A stretch of DNA of 64,000 nt, taken from Macrostomum lignano (taxonomy: Eukaryota). The notes under the pieces are model-generated. The model worked only from the letters and a program-made list of their open reading frames with translations. It was not told the origin of the DNA and did not search any database. The translations under genes were made by a program, and so were the position numbers. Positions 11,910 to 24,316 of this stretch are shown piece by piece; position 1 is the first letter of the stretch; every line of letters begins with the position of its first letter. Location: positions 62,001 through 126,000 of the forward strand of contig NIVC01002300.1 in assembly GCA_002269645.1 (NCBI GenBank), in the 5' to 3' direction.

Positions 11910-14900
11910 TTAAACGTCCTCATCAACGTAATAAACGCACTGGTACACCATGGTGCCATCCAGCTTCAACACGTTGACACCGTTTTCGGATAGAAATCGG
12001 ACAGACACGACGCTTTGAAAGTTATTAGGCGTCTGGAGAATCTCGGAGGCCCTCTGCAGCACCGCCTGCTCGTTGCTCTGGATCTTGTGCACCTCAATAA
12101 ACTTCGGGTCGCGATTGCCGACGCCTAATGCCGTGAGCTTGATAGTGCATTCTTGAATGACGTCAAGCTCGCGAGACTGCAGACTTTCCATTAGATATTT
12201 CTTCAGCTTAACAAAGAGATTAGTAAGAATGACGTGAATCTCGTCCTTGGAGAGATCACTTTGAAGCTGAACAGTTTTCGGACCGGGGCACGACACGCTT
12301 ACAACAGGATAGATGCCCACTTTAGTGCCCAGCATGAGGTACTCCTTGGCCTGGGCCTTCATGCCGTGCTTAAACGACGCGCACAATAGCATTCGCAGCA
12401 CTGTGGCACTAATAACTAGGGACGATTGGTGCGCTTTGGGAATAATTTCCACGCCGAGTTTCAGATCGTCGCTAGACGCTTCGCAGCAGGCGGCCAAGAA
12501 ATCGTTGTAGACTTTATTGAGCTCTAAAGTAATAGTTAATATAAAGTGCGCTAATAAGGACTGTTTAAGGATTTGTTATAATATGATTATTTTCAAGCAA
12601 GCGTGTGCTAGTGTTAAGTTAAACCGATAAACCACAGATACTCGAACCCCTGATGGGCCACGCCCTTAGTTATTGTACGCTCGTATTCAGCAAAATCCGC
12701 ACAACAAGAGATTCATTTTTCAATGATTAAATTTAAACTTTGACAAAATTCTTGGCATGGCCTGATAGTTAATCTAAGACAGAATGAATACCATGATTGT
12801 AAGCGTTTGTAAGCTGGAGGTCAACAGGCATTTGTTAGAGTGACTTAATAGACCAATGCATCAACTAGCTTACTTGTGCGGATTTGGCTGATAAACCATG
12901 TAACATTCTAATTTTTTATTTTCCTTACACTACCAATACAACTTCCTGCATCCATTTTGGTGCCTTGCAAATAGCCTAACAGAATTCTTATCTATCAATG
13001 ACTAGGAACTGAAATCACCAGGCGATTTTGGCCTATTTTACAAACATCAAACTCAAAACCAGTCACGTATGTATGCATTCACTAATCCTCTCTCTGTCCT
13101 CCAGACTGACTTTAGTTTAATGGTCACTCCCTATGTCATTCTTTACTTTAGCAATGCCTTTCAGCTGTAGCCCAAATTGGTCGCAGTTAAAAGCAAATTT
13201 ATTTCTGTTCTCTATGGCTCTCTATGGTTTGTCTGTGTAAATTCTCTAACCACATCACCAATTGGAATTAAGAAAAGGCCAAATAGGAGGCAAAAAAGTG
13301 AAGTTATCCTAATGCAAGACCGATTGCAAGAAATTGTTTTTTAAAATATGTGCCAAACATAAGAGTTAACATTAATTTTGTTATATTCTACTTAGCCTGA
13401 ATTCAATTTAGGCCTGGAGGCATATTGAGCACTACTTTGCTACTGAAGAAAAACATTTAAAAATTTGTTAAACAACTAGAAAGAATTTCTAGTCCTGCTA
13501 ATGAATTTAGTGGCGAATAGAGAATTAATAAAACTATTTTATAAATTTTATTAAATCTGTGAACATCATGTTATATAAGATATATTAATGGTGTTCCTAG
13601 AAACCTGTTTAGTTCTAATAATACTTTTCCGTCTTTTTACATATTTTAAGTTAGAATTACCTAACTATATACAAAATTTAAACTATCACTTTTAAAGACG
13701 CATAAAAATATTGTTTTTGACATTTTACAATCAGAACTGTAAGAAACAAACGTATGTCAAAGCTCATTTTGAAACTGAAGAACCGTTACATAAAAACGAG
13801 TACTGATAGTCAGCATTTGTGTTTGTCTACCTAAAGCACTAGATTATAATTTAAAACTACTATAAGTAGCTTGCATAAACTGACATCATTAAATGTGTAA
13901 ATCACACCATCATTGGTTTATTTTTTATTCAACATACGTGCCCATGATCTTGGTTAATTGTAGTAACAACTAAATTAGTTTAATTTCTACAAATACGTTT
14001 CAGTAAAAATAACTCAAAATTACACAGTATATAATACAGTATTATATATAATTATGAGCAATTACAAAAAACAGTGTTACTAGATTCCTTAAAGATCCAT
14101 GTGCTTGATCCTAACAGTTATTAGTATATTTAATTGCAAATTATATTATGTATGGCAATTATATGCCAATAAATTCATTTGCCGTATAAAAATTTCTTAA
14201 AGCTATCTAACATGAAAAGTTCAGTATTTACTAGACACTATCAAGCATATAATTTAATAGAAACTAATTATTTTAATATAAGCACGACTAATTAAATAAT
14301 CATATAATAAAGTAAAACATTTAACCTACAAGGTAAAGTGGATAGCTTTTAGGGAAATTTAATTACTATTGTGCTTAATCTTTTCTACTTTCATTTTTAT
14401 GAATATTGTCCCGATAAGATTGAGGTAAATCATTGTTGTTATCTAATTTTCTGCATATATTCACCACAAATATTAATACTATAACTAGATTGGTCACTTC
14501 ACATATTTACTAGCATACTACTCTTAGCACCCGATGTAAGTAATACAAAATTGACAAAATAAAGAATCACAGAATTTTCCTAGCTGTCCTACTGTCCTTA
14601 AATGTGGGGAGTGACCAATCTAATTATATTACTTTCTCAAATATACTATGAGTAGCATGTTAAGAATCCATTTTATCAACAATCTAAAAATGTTTACACT
14701 ATAGAATAAAATTCATATAGACTTTATTGAAAATTGTCTCACCGCTACTCCGCGACACCGGATGCTGCATCATGGCGTTCAAAGCGGCCGCAGCATCCGC
14801 CAGCGTGCCCTCGGCTATGCAGGCGGTGCACAGCTCGTGCAGCAGTTGAAACCTGGCGCTGGCGTGCTCACCAGTAGCTGGCAGGGCGATGCCAATAGGC

Positions 14901-17900
14901 GAGGTGTCTGCCGAGAGCATGCTGGCCGCAGTGGAGTAGCTCTGAGTCCGCATGTAGATTTGAAAGGCCATATTGGCTATGTAGGCCTCGGACATGTCCG
15001 GCTGAGTGGCACTGACGGCTTTCATCAGGCTGATGTTCAGGCCGCGCAGACTGCGCAGCAGCCTCAACGCGTCCGCCCATTGCATTCTGTCCACTGATTT
15101 CTTTAGTAGGCGAACTGCCGTCTGGCTGATGAAGGCCTCCATAGCCGGGTTGCGGCTACGATCTGGGGGAAAAGCAAGGGGATCGGCGATAATATTGAGA
15201 AAAAAATTGATTCCAGTCTTCAGTCTGAATTGCGAGTTCGATGAGATTCTAGGTTTATAGGGATTGGGGATTCAAAGTTTATGGATTGGGATAATCAGGG
15301 TATGAATAGAGATTATCAGTGCGGGGATTGGATTGAGATCATCGGGGTAGTGATCGAATTTATTGGGGTAGGGATCGGGATTATCGGGGTAGGGATCGGG
15401 ATTATCAGGATAGGATCGGGATTATCAGGATAGGATCGGGATTATTGGGGTAGGGATCGGGATTATCAGGATATGAATCGGGTTTATCGGGGTAGGGATC
15501 GGGATTATTGGGGTAGGGATCGGGATTATCGGGGTAGGGATCGGGATTATTGGGGTAGGGATCGGGATTATTGGGGTAGGGATCGGGATTATCAGGATAT
15601 GGATCGGGTTTATCGGGGTAGGGATCGGGATTATTGGGGTAGGGATCGGGATTATCGGGGTAGGGATCGGGATTATCGGGGTAGGGATCGGGATAATCGG
15701 GGTAGGGATCGAGATTATCAGTCTCGGGTCTGATATTTCGTATCTAGGCATTGAGCCTTCGATAGAATCGCTTACACTTGTCACCGATTGCCTTGCTAAG
15801 CAGCTCAAACTTGGCCTGCGGATCTTCGGCAACGTGAAACGCGTCGATGACGAACTCGGACAGAACTTCCAAATTGCTAACCGACGAGAAGAACCGACAC
15901 AGCGTATCGAAATCGTTGCCCATGACCAGTTCGGTGACTTTCACTCGAATCCGGTTCAGGAAGTTAGTCTGCTGAGTAGGGGTCAGATGAAAGATTGCCC
16001 TGATCTGTTCAATGCGGCCGACATTCTCCGTGCTGCCGTCTAAGGCGCAGCGAAGCCACAGGCGCTCGACGAGTTCCAGGCCGACCTGCTGCAGATTCTG
16101 CGGGTCCATGTTGCTGAGCAGGCCGATGCCCAGGTTCACGAATTCCGACGCGTTGCCGTTCACCAGGGCCTCCAAGCAGAAGATGAAGCCTTCGATTGGG
16201 ATGATCTGCATTGGGGCAAACCGGTCCACGGCGCCCCACACCTTTGTCCAGCTCTTCAGAGAGGAGAAGCACCTGAGGTAGGTTATTGAGTTATGAGTCA
16301 CTATGGGGATTGTGAACATGGAGATGGGAACTGTGAATAAAAGGATAATTTTTAATACAGGGATAGGGATTGTGAATATGGGGATAATGTTTTTTAATAT
16401 AGGGTTAGGGATTGTGAATATGGGGATAGGGATTGTGAATATGGGGATAGGGATTGTGAATATGGGGATAGGGATTGTGAATATGGGGATAGGGATTGTG
16501 AATATGGGGATAGGGATTGTGAATATGGGGATAGGGATTGTGAATATGGGGATAGGGATTGTGAATATGGGGATAGGGACTGTGAATATGGGGATAGGGA
16601 TTGTGAATATGGGGATAATGATTTTAAAATAGGGTTAGGGATTGTGAATATGGGGATAGGGATTGTGAATATGGGAATAGGGATTGAGAATATGGGAATA
16701 GGGACTGTGAATATGGGGATAGGGATTGTGAATATGGGGATAGGGATTGTGAATATGGGGATAATGATTGTGAATATAGGGATAGGGATTGTGAATTAGA
16801 GTAAAACGATGCGAATATAGTAAAAAGAATGGTCACTATGTGGACAGAGGATTATCAGTATGGGGATAGGGAATTATTAAGAGAGAATAAATATAGATAG
16901 TCAACAAATTTATTTAGGAATATGAATTTAGAAGACAGGGATTGCTAATCTGATTCAGTGAATTAAACAAAAGAGAGACAAACAAACCTAATGAAAGCCA
17001 TCATAGCGGTGGCGTCGGGCTGCAGGGTGAGCACATTGTTAAACACCAGCCAAAGCTCATCGGTGAGGGAACGCAGCTGGGCGGGATTTTTCTCGGCCAG
17101 GTCGGCCAGAAGCTCCAGCAATCTGAAATAAATGCAGGAAAATGTTTGCATTGAAGACTCTCAATCCAAAATGCCATGGGGTCAGATGCCCCTTGACCTT
17201 CCCAATTGCAGTAAATCTAAAATCTAAGATGCCAGGGGGTCAGATGCCCCTTTTGACCTTCCCAATTGCCGTAAATATAAAATCTAATATGCCAGGGGGT
17301 CAGATGCCCCTTTTGACCTTCCCAATTGCCGTAAATATAAAAATCTAAAATGCCAGGGGGTCACCTGCCCCCTATGACCTATCCAATCGCAGTTAAGCAA
17401 AAATCTAAAAGGCCGGGAGGTCAGATGCCCCCAATGAACAATAAAATCCAACTCACTTAACATTAGGCTCGCTAATTAGCCTGGCAGTGAGAACGCACAC
17501 CTCCAGCGCTTCCTTTTTACTAGCACAATATTCCACCACCTCGTACACAACCAGATCGGTGAACTCATGCGGATAAGCCGCCCGAGCCTGCCTGAGCAGT
17601 TCGTAGCCTCGCTCAAACTGTTGACTTTTAAAGGCTTCGGTGAGTTCGGCTCGCATTTCTGCTTCGGTTTTCACCGCCTGCGGCTGCTGCAACAGGCGCG
17701 GCCTGCCCAGCTGCAGCAGACCGGTGTCTCCGAGGCCGCCTAAGCCGGCTGAATAGGATGATGAAGAACCGAATCCAGCATCCGTATCTGACGGATAAGC
17801 CGCGATAGCGGTTGACGAGAAATTTGTGGCCGACTGGGCAGTTGAAACCGGCGCATCTGACTCCTGACTATTCAGCAGCGACACTCGAAGACTATCGGCC

Positions 17901-20828
17901 GATGCTTCCACCTGTCGCGGCACTGGCAACACCTGAGTCCGGTCTGGCGCGCTTAGCAACGGCGCTCGACTCGATGGATTGGGCGCCGGAGCCGGCAGCA
18001 GCGGCACAGCGGCAGAGTCGGGAGTCTGCAGCAGGCCGGCGCCGCTTCGAGTAACAGCCGGCGGCAACGACAAGTAGCTGCTGCTGCTCGACGATTCGAT
18101 GTTGCTATCGCCTAGCAACGGTCTTATCTGCAGAGGTGCGTTCTTTTTATGTATTCAAACTTTTACCATCACGGCCCACAGACAAGGGTAGGCAAGGCTA
18201 GTGAGATTCCTATATAATCGCTGGATCTTAAGCCAAGCTTACGCCGCAGACGCACGCTCACACAGAGTGTACAGCGGCCCGTTGACTTACAAATCATCAT
18301 GCATGTACACTCCGTGATTGTGTACCTGGGGGGGGGGTTGGCCCTCATGGGTTCGAATCTCACGACAACCCCCGCTCAAGCCAATTTTTGTGCACACAAT
18401 TGAATTGTATTCACTACACCTGCTCCCATTGGGCCAGATGTGCAACCGACAGCTCAGTCGCAGCAGGGGCCCATCACAAGCTCGAATGGGGTTAGGGTTA
18501 GAGCTTGTGCCTTAGGGTTAGGGCTACAGCTTGTGCCTTAGGGTTAGGGTTGGAGCTTGTGCCTTAGGGTTAGGGTTACAGCTTGTGCCTTAGGGTTAGG
18601 GTTAGAGCTTGTGCCTTAGCGTTTGGGTTAGAGCTTGTGCCTTAGGGTTAGGGTTAGAGCTTGTGCCTTAGGGTTAGGGTTGGAGCTTGTGCCTTAGGGT
18701 TAGGGTTAGAGCTTGTGCCTTAGGGTTAGGGTTGGAGCTTGTGCCTTAGGGTTAGGGTTAGAGCTTGTGCCTTGGGGTTAGGGTTAGAGCTTGTGGCTTA
18801 GCGTTAGGGTAAGAGCTTGTGCCTTAGGGTTGGGGTTTAGGTTAGGGCCGGGGTTAGAACTTGTGCCTTTTCGAGCTTTTAATGGTGGCTGCTAAATCAA
18901 ATTTTCGAGCTTATGACTTTTCGAGCTTGTGATGGCGACCCAGCTGTTCAGTCCAAGGACTGGGGGGAGTCGCCACACACAACCTCAATTACCCCAGCTA
19001 ATGCTGGCACCCAATTTACAGCTGGGTGAACTGAAGCAATGCAGAGTTGAGTGTCTTGTCCAACAAGGACACAAGTTGTTCAAGGACCAAGGACCAACCT
19101 TCAAGTCGTGAGTCCAATGCTCTAACCACTAGGCTGCAACCCCCTAGAAAACTGCTATTTTAAAAAAGAAACTAGCAAACTATTGAATTTTCAATCAGAT
19201 TCTACAGAAAATTTTACCTCGCCACGTCGCGAGTCCGGAGTTGGCAGCAAAGTGCGGCCAACCAGACCGATGCCGCCATCCTGAGCAGCTCCTAAGCCAG
19301 CGCTGCCTCCGCTACCGCCGCCACGGCTGCCGCCGCCTCCGCGTCCGCGACCGGCGCCGCGAGCTCCTTGATGGATTCCATTGCCGTGACCGCCGCGGCC
19401 GCGAACTAAACTGCCAATGGGAACCGGCGCCTGATCTAGCAGGGTGCGCGAGCGCTTGTTAGGCGGCTGGGCACCGTCCGGATGCAACTGGCAATGCAAT
19501 AAATAATGTGGGCCGGGGGGACGGGTTGAAAACTCTAATAGTATACTTCTTTATTTATTGTATTACTACTTTAGTTTTCAGTTAGAGGCAGTCGCGTCTG
19601 CCTGCACCCCAGGGGGCTGTCTGCACCCTGGTGCACTTTAAGCGACATTGTCACACAACCGGCGAAAGACATTGCTGCCCATTCCGACCGACTCCCCTGA
19701 GCAGGCACACTGCAAGCGCGCGGATACGTACGCAGTCATACGCGCAGGCACACTTACACGGGAGTGTACAGCGGCCTTAACTTTATTTAGGCATGTACAC
19801 CTCACTGTGCCGGGGGAAGGGGGGCTGGACAATAAGGGCGTTAATTGCACGAGCAGAGCCAAGCCGAGATTCCAATTTAAGCCCCAAATTAATGTGACTC
19901 TGCACATGGGAATCGAGCCTGGACTGCTGGGACATAAAAGCACCGCGCTAGACCACTAGGCTACGGCCCTTTTTTATATACTACTTATCAATATAATATA
20001 TATATATATATATTATCCTACATTATGCGGCACCTGTTGAGGCGGCGGTTTCTGCAGCAGTACACGTGAAGCAACAGGGCCAGAATCGGTCAGTGGGCCT
20101 GGCGGCTGCTGCTGACCGGCGGACGGCCGAGGCAAAAGGCCGCCGCCGCTGGCGCCTCCGCCACCCCTTCGAGGCGCCTGGCCAGCCAGTTGAGCGCGCA
20201 AATCCGCCGGTTTGGCTCCGGCAGTTTCCCGTTGTTTCTTGCTGTCTGAAGATTGCTGCTCCTGCTGCTGCTTGGCATCAGCGGATTCATTCTGTTCGAG
20301 CTGTTTGGACTCTGCCGGGCCATTCTCATCATTATTTATTGCATTGTTCTCATTGTCGCCGAAGTCGCTACCGCCAAACAGCGAGACAACATCGTCGGAT
20401 TCTTCAAGAAGTTGGGCAGCGGCCGCGGCATCAGATTCGGGGACTTCCTTGACTGTCGCGTCGCTTTCAGGCACTACAGTTGGCTGAATCTGGTCGGCAG
20501 CTGGTTGGTTGCCATGGGGAGGATTGGACAGCAACTGTCGACCCTTCGGCCGAGGCGGAGGCGCATCAAACCGAGGCGATGGGCGAGGCGGCCTGCCTGC
20601 GCCAAAGAATGGCGGCGGCGGCGGCTGCTGCCCAAAGAATGGCGGCCGCATGCCTCTGGGAGGTGCCATGCGCCCAGGCGGACCGAATGGTCTCATTAGA
20701 GGAGGTCTAACAGGGCCCGGTCCTCTGGGCGGCCCTGGTTGACGAATGCTCGAATTAAATGGTCTTGGCGGTCCCCCCTGGGGATGCGTGGCAACTCGAT
20801 GCCCACCACGAGATGGCCTGCTGGACAT
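11910..20828 (-). CDS. TOPAZ1: TOPAZ1-like protein, 7 exons, ~1135 aa (disordered Pro/Gly/RGG N-terminus, helical-repeat C-terminal half)
   Basis: Exons 20828-20022 (or -20034), 19487-19218, 18127-17457, 17122-16988, 16272-15776, 15162-14743 and 12523-11910. All are GT-AG with matching phases 0,0,2,2,1,1 and no internal stop. QWADALRLLRSLRGLNI, IANMAFQIYMR, RFQLLHELC and AKEYLMLGTKVGIYP...LQSDLSKDEI align by eye with the vertebrate TOPAZ1 C-terminus as remembered. The gene structure is more certain than the name. Confidence 0.7.
15262..15722. repeat. Intronic G-rich 21-bp minisatellite (GGGGTAGGGATCGGGATTATC), degenerate at its left end
   Basis: Directly visible, inside intron 5 of the minus-strand gene. 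Confidence 0.95.
16303..16800. repeat. Intronic G-rich 21-bp minisatellite (ATATGGGGATAGGGATTGTGA)
   Basis: Directly visible, inside intron 4. ORF GIVNMGI... is the repeat translation. Confidence 0.95.
17160..17435. repeat. ~60-bp tandem repeat, ~4.5 copies
   Basis: GCCAGGGGGTCAGATGCCCC unit starts at 17173, 17231, 17291, 17352 and 17412, inside intron 3. Confidence 0.92.
18488..18870. repeat. Telomere-like 26-bp minisatellite (TTAGGGTTAGGGTTAGAGCTTGTGCC)
   Basis: About 14 units, each with two TTAGGG and one variant hexamer, inside intron 2. Confidence 0.95.
18941..19144 (-). mobile_element. tRNA-derived CORE-type SINE, copy 2
   Basis: Reverse complement matches 5266-5476: GCCTAGTGGTTAGAGC head and ACTCTGCATTGCTTCAGTTCAC...GGGTGCCAGCATTAGCTGGGGTAATTGAGG...CCTTGGACTGAACAGC body. 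Confidence 0.8.
19560..19968 (-). mobile_element. Second tRNA-derived SINE family
   Basis: Minus-strand head GGCCGTAGCCTAGTGGTCTAGCGC (A box) and GGCTCGATTCCC (B box). Body segments recur at ~75-160 (plus strand) and ~18255-18335. Confidence 0.65.
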
Positions 20829-21164
20829 TATTTTAATTTGTCAGAAAAATTATCCAAGAAATTAATTACAGGCTCTATATATATACACGCGTTGATGACA
20901 CTTTTTTATCATGTTTCTTGTATGTCAAACTTGGTTAATGTCACATTTTTGCACAAATGGCATTGGGCAAATGTAAAGGAATTGTTTACATTTAAAATAC
21001 TTGTGGAAATGAGAATTTTTAGTCATTAATAAGGTTACCTATGCTTCACTCAGACAAATGCCAAGGGGCAATCTAAAGTAAAATAAAAATCATACTTACT
21101 AAAATAAATATGATGAAAAACTTTATAGACTGCTAAAAAAAGTTTTTTAGAGTGACATTCAGGT

Positions 21165-21462
21165 CATACATGCGCAACCCCCAAATTTCGGTCGGCCGTG
21201 CGACTTAGTTTTAACAAAAATGCGACGTACTTTTTGGCCAAAAATGCGACTTACATGTAAAAAAACCTAAAAGCAAAATCAACGCAACTTTGGGTAAACG
21301 GCAGGAGTAACTATAACTGTCTTATTAAGCCAAAATGTCTCGTCAGCTACTTAGTACTACTACTTGGGTGTTTTTTCGGGTGGGCATTTTTGCGACTTCC
21401 TTGGTTGGCCGCCAAATCGGTCGGCCAGATCGGCCGACTCGGCCGACTGTTGCGCATGTATG
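21165..21462. mobile_element. MITE with 14-bp TIR CATACATGCGCAAC and 8-bp TSD ATTCAGGT (hAT or P superfamily), copy 1
   Basis: Perfect TIRs at 21165-21178 and 21449-21462. ATTCAGGT at 21157-21164 and 21463-21470. Confidence 0.9.
21292..21355 (+). pseudogene. 28S rRNA fragment (R2 / I-PpoI target region) embedded in the MITE
   Basis: GGGTAAACGGCAGGAGTAACTATAACTGTCTTATTAAGCCAAAATGTCTCGTCAGCTACTTAGT vs the conserved eukaryotic 28S GGGTAAACGGCGGGAGTAACTATGACTCTCTTAAGGTAGCCAAATGCCTCGTCATCTAATTAGT (from memory), roughly 80% identity by eye. Confidence 0.85.
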
Positions 21463-22397
21463 ATTCAGGTTCAGGTTTAGTTATATAGACTAGTGCACTA
21501 AGCCACCCATAGTCCCATGGGGGGCATTCAAATTCATAATATTTTACCCAGTCATTGCAGGGTTTTCTGTATTCTTTCTATGCATATTGCCTTTGGCAGT
21601 TTTGCCATTGTGGCCATTTAAGTTCAAAATTAAAAAATGAAAGCATTAAAATACATAATTTTTTGAATATTTAACCTCTCCAAATCGAATTTTTCATAAT
21701 TTAAAATTTTATATAATCAGCACACTAAGCCCCCCATGGTGAGCATTAAAATTCAAAATTCAAATGGAGTGCCTATTGAAAGCATTATTTTTCAAATATT
21801 CAACCCACTTCCAATTGGAATAAATATTAAATATCAATTTGCCAAATGAATCTAAATTAATTGGGCCCATTAGCTACTGCCCTATCTGCAATGGCAAAAT
21901 TGTGCCCCATCTGCAATGGCAAAACTGTGCCCCCTCTGTGTGTTTTAAAAATAAAAATTGCAGCTACTACTACTATTAAAAATTTGTAACACATACAATA
22001 TTGGAGCAATTTAGGTATTTACTATGATTTTACTAGTATGTATTTACTATGATTACAACCTATTATTTCTTAGAAAATACTGTACTCCAATTTCTAATAA
22101 AAAAATTGTCTTAATGTTATGATATAAAATAATTTTTTAATATTTTTGTTTAAAATGTTTCCAAAATGGTATAAATAGAAAGTGTAAAACAAAAGTAAGG
22201 AACAACCCAGAAACTTGCAAGCAAAATTTATATATATAAGTTCTCACTAAATCTATAAACAGTTTTTTATTTGGCTTAGACCTTTTTATTTACAAGAATT
22301 AAAAGCTCCAACTTAGGAAACTTAAGATCCACTAGAAGGTGAGAATCACTAAGAGCAATAGATCACCTTAGGACAGTAGATTGCCTTGGAATAATAA

Positions 22398-22730
22398 AAT
22401 TACCTTAGAGCAGTAAAACACCTTAGAGCAATAAAATACCTTAGAGCAATAAAACACCTTAGAGCAGTAAAACACCTTAGAGCAATAAAACACCTTAGAG
22501 CAATAAAACACCTTAGAGCAATAAAACACCTTAGAGCAATAAAATACCTTAGAGCAATAAAACACCTTAGAGCAGTAAAACACCTTAGAGCAATAAAACA
22601 CCTTAGAGCAATAAAACACCTTAGAGCAATAAAACACCTTAGAGCAATAAAACACCTTAGAGCAATAAAATACCTTAGAGCAATAAAACACCTTAGAGCA
22701 GTAAAACACTTTAGAGCAGTAAATTACCTC
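22398..22730. repeat. 18-bp minisatellite (CCTTAGAGCAATAAAACA)
   Basis: Directly visible. ORF VFYCSK is the repeat translation. Confidence 0.96.
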
Positions 22731-23806
22731 AAGGAAATAAAAGGCTTAAAGCTATAACCCTTTGATCCAAGGAATGCCTAGGCCCTAGGACTAAGAGCAA
22801 AGACATAAGGAAGGGGGATAAGAGGGATATATCCCCCCAAAAAGCCTGACCAAAACTTTTTGTTGCCCTTTGTTGCTATACATGTGTAATTGAATTGACA
22901 TAACTCAATTGATTTTCTCTTTAGAGTTTGTTAAGAGAATGCAAAAAAGGAGGTTCTGTGTTGCTGGCTGATTTGACGTTATTTATTTAGATAAAGCGAA
23001 AGAAATTGATGTGTAAGGGGTAGGGGCACCCAGTGTACAAGAAGATGTATATTGCACGATAGGGCAGAGCGGGGTAAAAGGTGAGTAGGCTTTCTCTTAA
23101 TATAAAAACCATTCGGGCTGAATAAATATGAACTTTTCCGCCACAATATGCTACTATGTAACTCTGTCATAGCACTTTTACCTTAAGGTGTACCCCCTTA
23201 TAGGAAATTCCTGGCTATGCCCCTGACTGAGAGAACCTTTTAAAGGAGTAAAATAGGAGTATAAGGATAGAATAGACAATGCCATAAGACTGCTCAGGCC
23301 ATTAAATAGATACATACACTACCAATCTGGGTTTTTTGTGCGAATGGGTGCAAATAGCATCCTGGTCTTAAAAATCACACCCTGAAATTTGACTCAGGGT
23401 GCGAAAAGTGCACCAGAATTTTTTGCAAGGATGTGATACAGATTTCACAATTTAGTGTTATGGATGTGCAGCGCATCCTGGTCTTGAAAATCGCACCCTG
23501 AAATCTAGCACAAGGTGCGAAATTGCACCCAAGTTATGGACAAAAAAACTGAGCTACTAATAGATAAATATAGGCCCCTATGCATTACTAGTAGACTTTA
23601 CCATAGTCTGGATCATGGCAGGCATACACTGGAATGAAAATTCATGTTTTTTTAATTTTAAGCTGACATAAAATAAAATAAAAATGTTATGCCAAAACTA
23701 AAACTGTTTATACGCCATTTTTTAACAAATATATATTTTAGGAACTCAAAACTTTTACTAAACTTTAAAAAGCTGTTTTTGCTAAAAACTGATATATTCT
23801 TTGTTT

Positions 23807-24316
23807 TATATATGCGCAACCTCTGAAATTACGCTGGCTGTGCGACTTAGTTTTGACCAAAAATGCGACTTAGTTTTGCAACTTAGTTGCTCTTATTGCC
23901 ACTTACCTGATCCTTTTTGCGACTTAGTTTGCTTCTTATGCGACTTACCTGATCCTTTTTGCGACTTAGTTGCTCTTTTGCGACTTACCTGATCCTTTTT
24001 GCGACTTAGTTGCTCTTATTACGACTTACCTGATCCTTTTTGTGACTTAGTTTGCTTTTTATACAACTTACCTGATCCTTTTTGCGACTTAGTTGCTCCT
24101 TTTGCGACTTACCTGATCCTTTTTTGCGACTTAGTTGCTCCTGTTGCGACTTACCTGATCCTTTTTGCAACTTAGGTTCTTGTGTTCTTGTGTTACTTCT
24201 TTCTTGGTTCTTGTGTTTTTCTGTTTTTGGTCAACTCAATTTTGCGACTTACCCCTGGTCAGCCACGATTTACGGTGGCCGGATCGGCCAGCTCGGCCAA
24301 CAGTTGCGCATGTATG
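23807..24316. mobile_element. Same MITE family, copy 2, 8-bp TSD CTTTGTTT, interior expanded into tandem repeats
   Basis: TIRs TATATATGCGCAAC and GTTGCGCATGTATG. CTTTGTTT at 23799-23806 and 24317-24324. Subterminal sequence is shared with copy 1. Confidence 0.88.

Noticed and set aside
18488-18870. True telomere or chromosome fusion site
   Set aside because: The array is interrupted every 18 bp, has a single orientation, and lies within an intron.
21292-21355. Functional rRNA gene
   Set aside because: Only ~64 nt, diverged, and enclosed by MITE ends.
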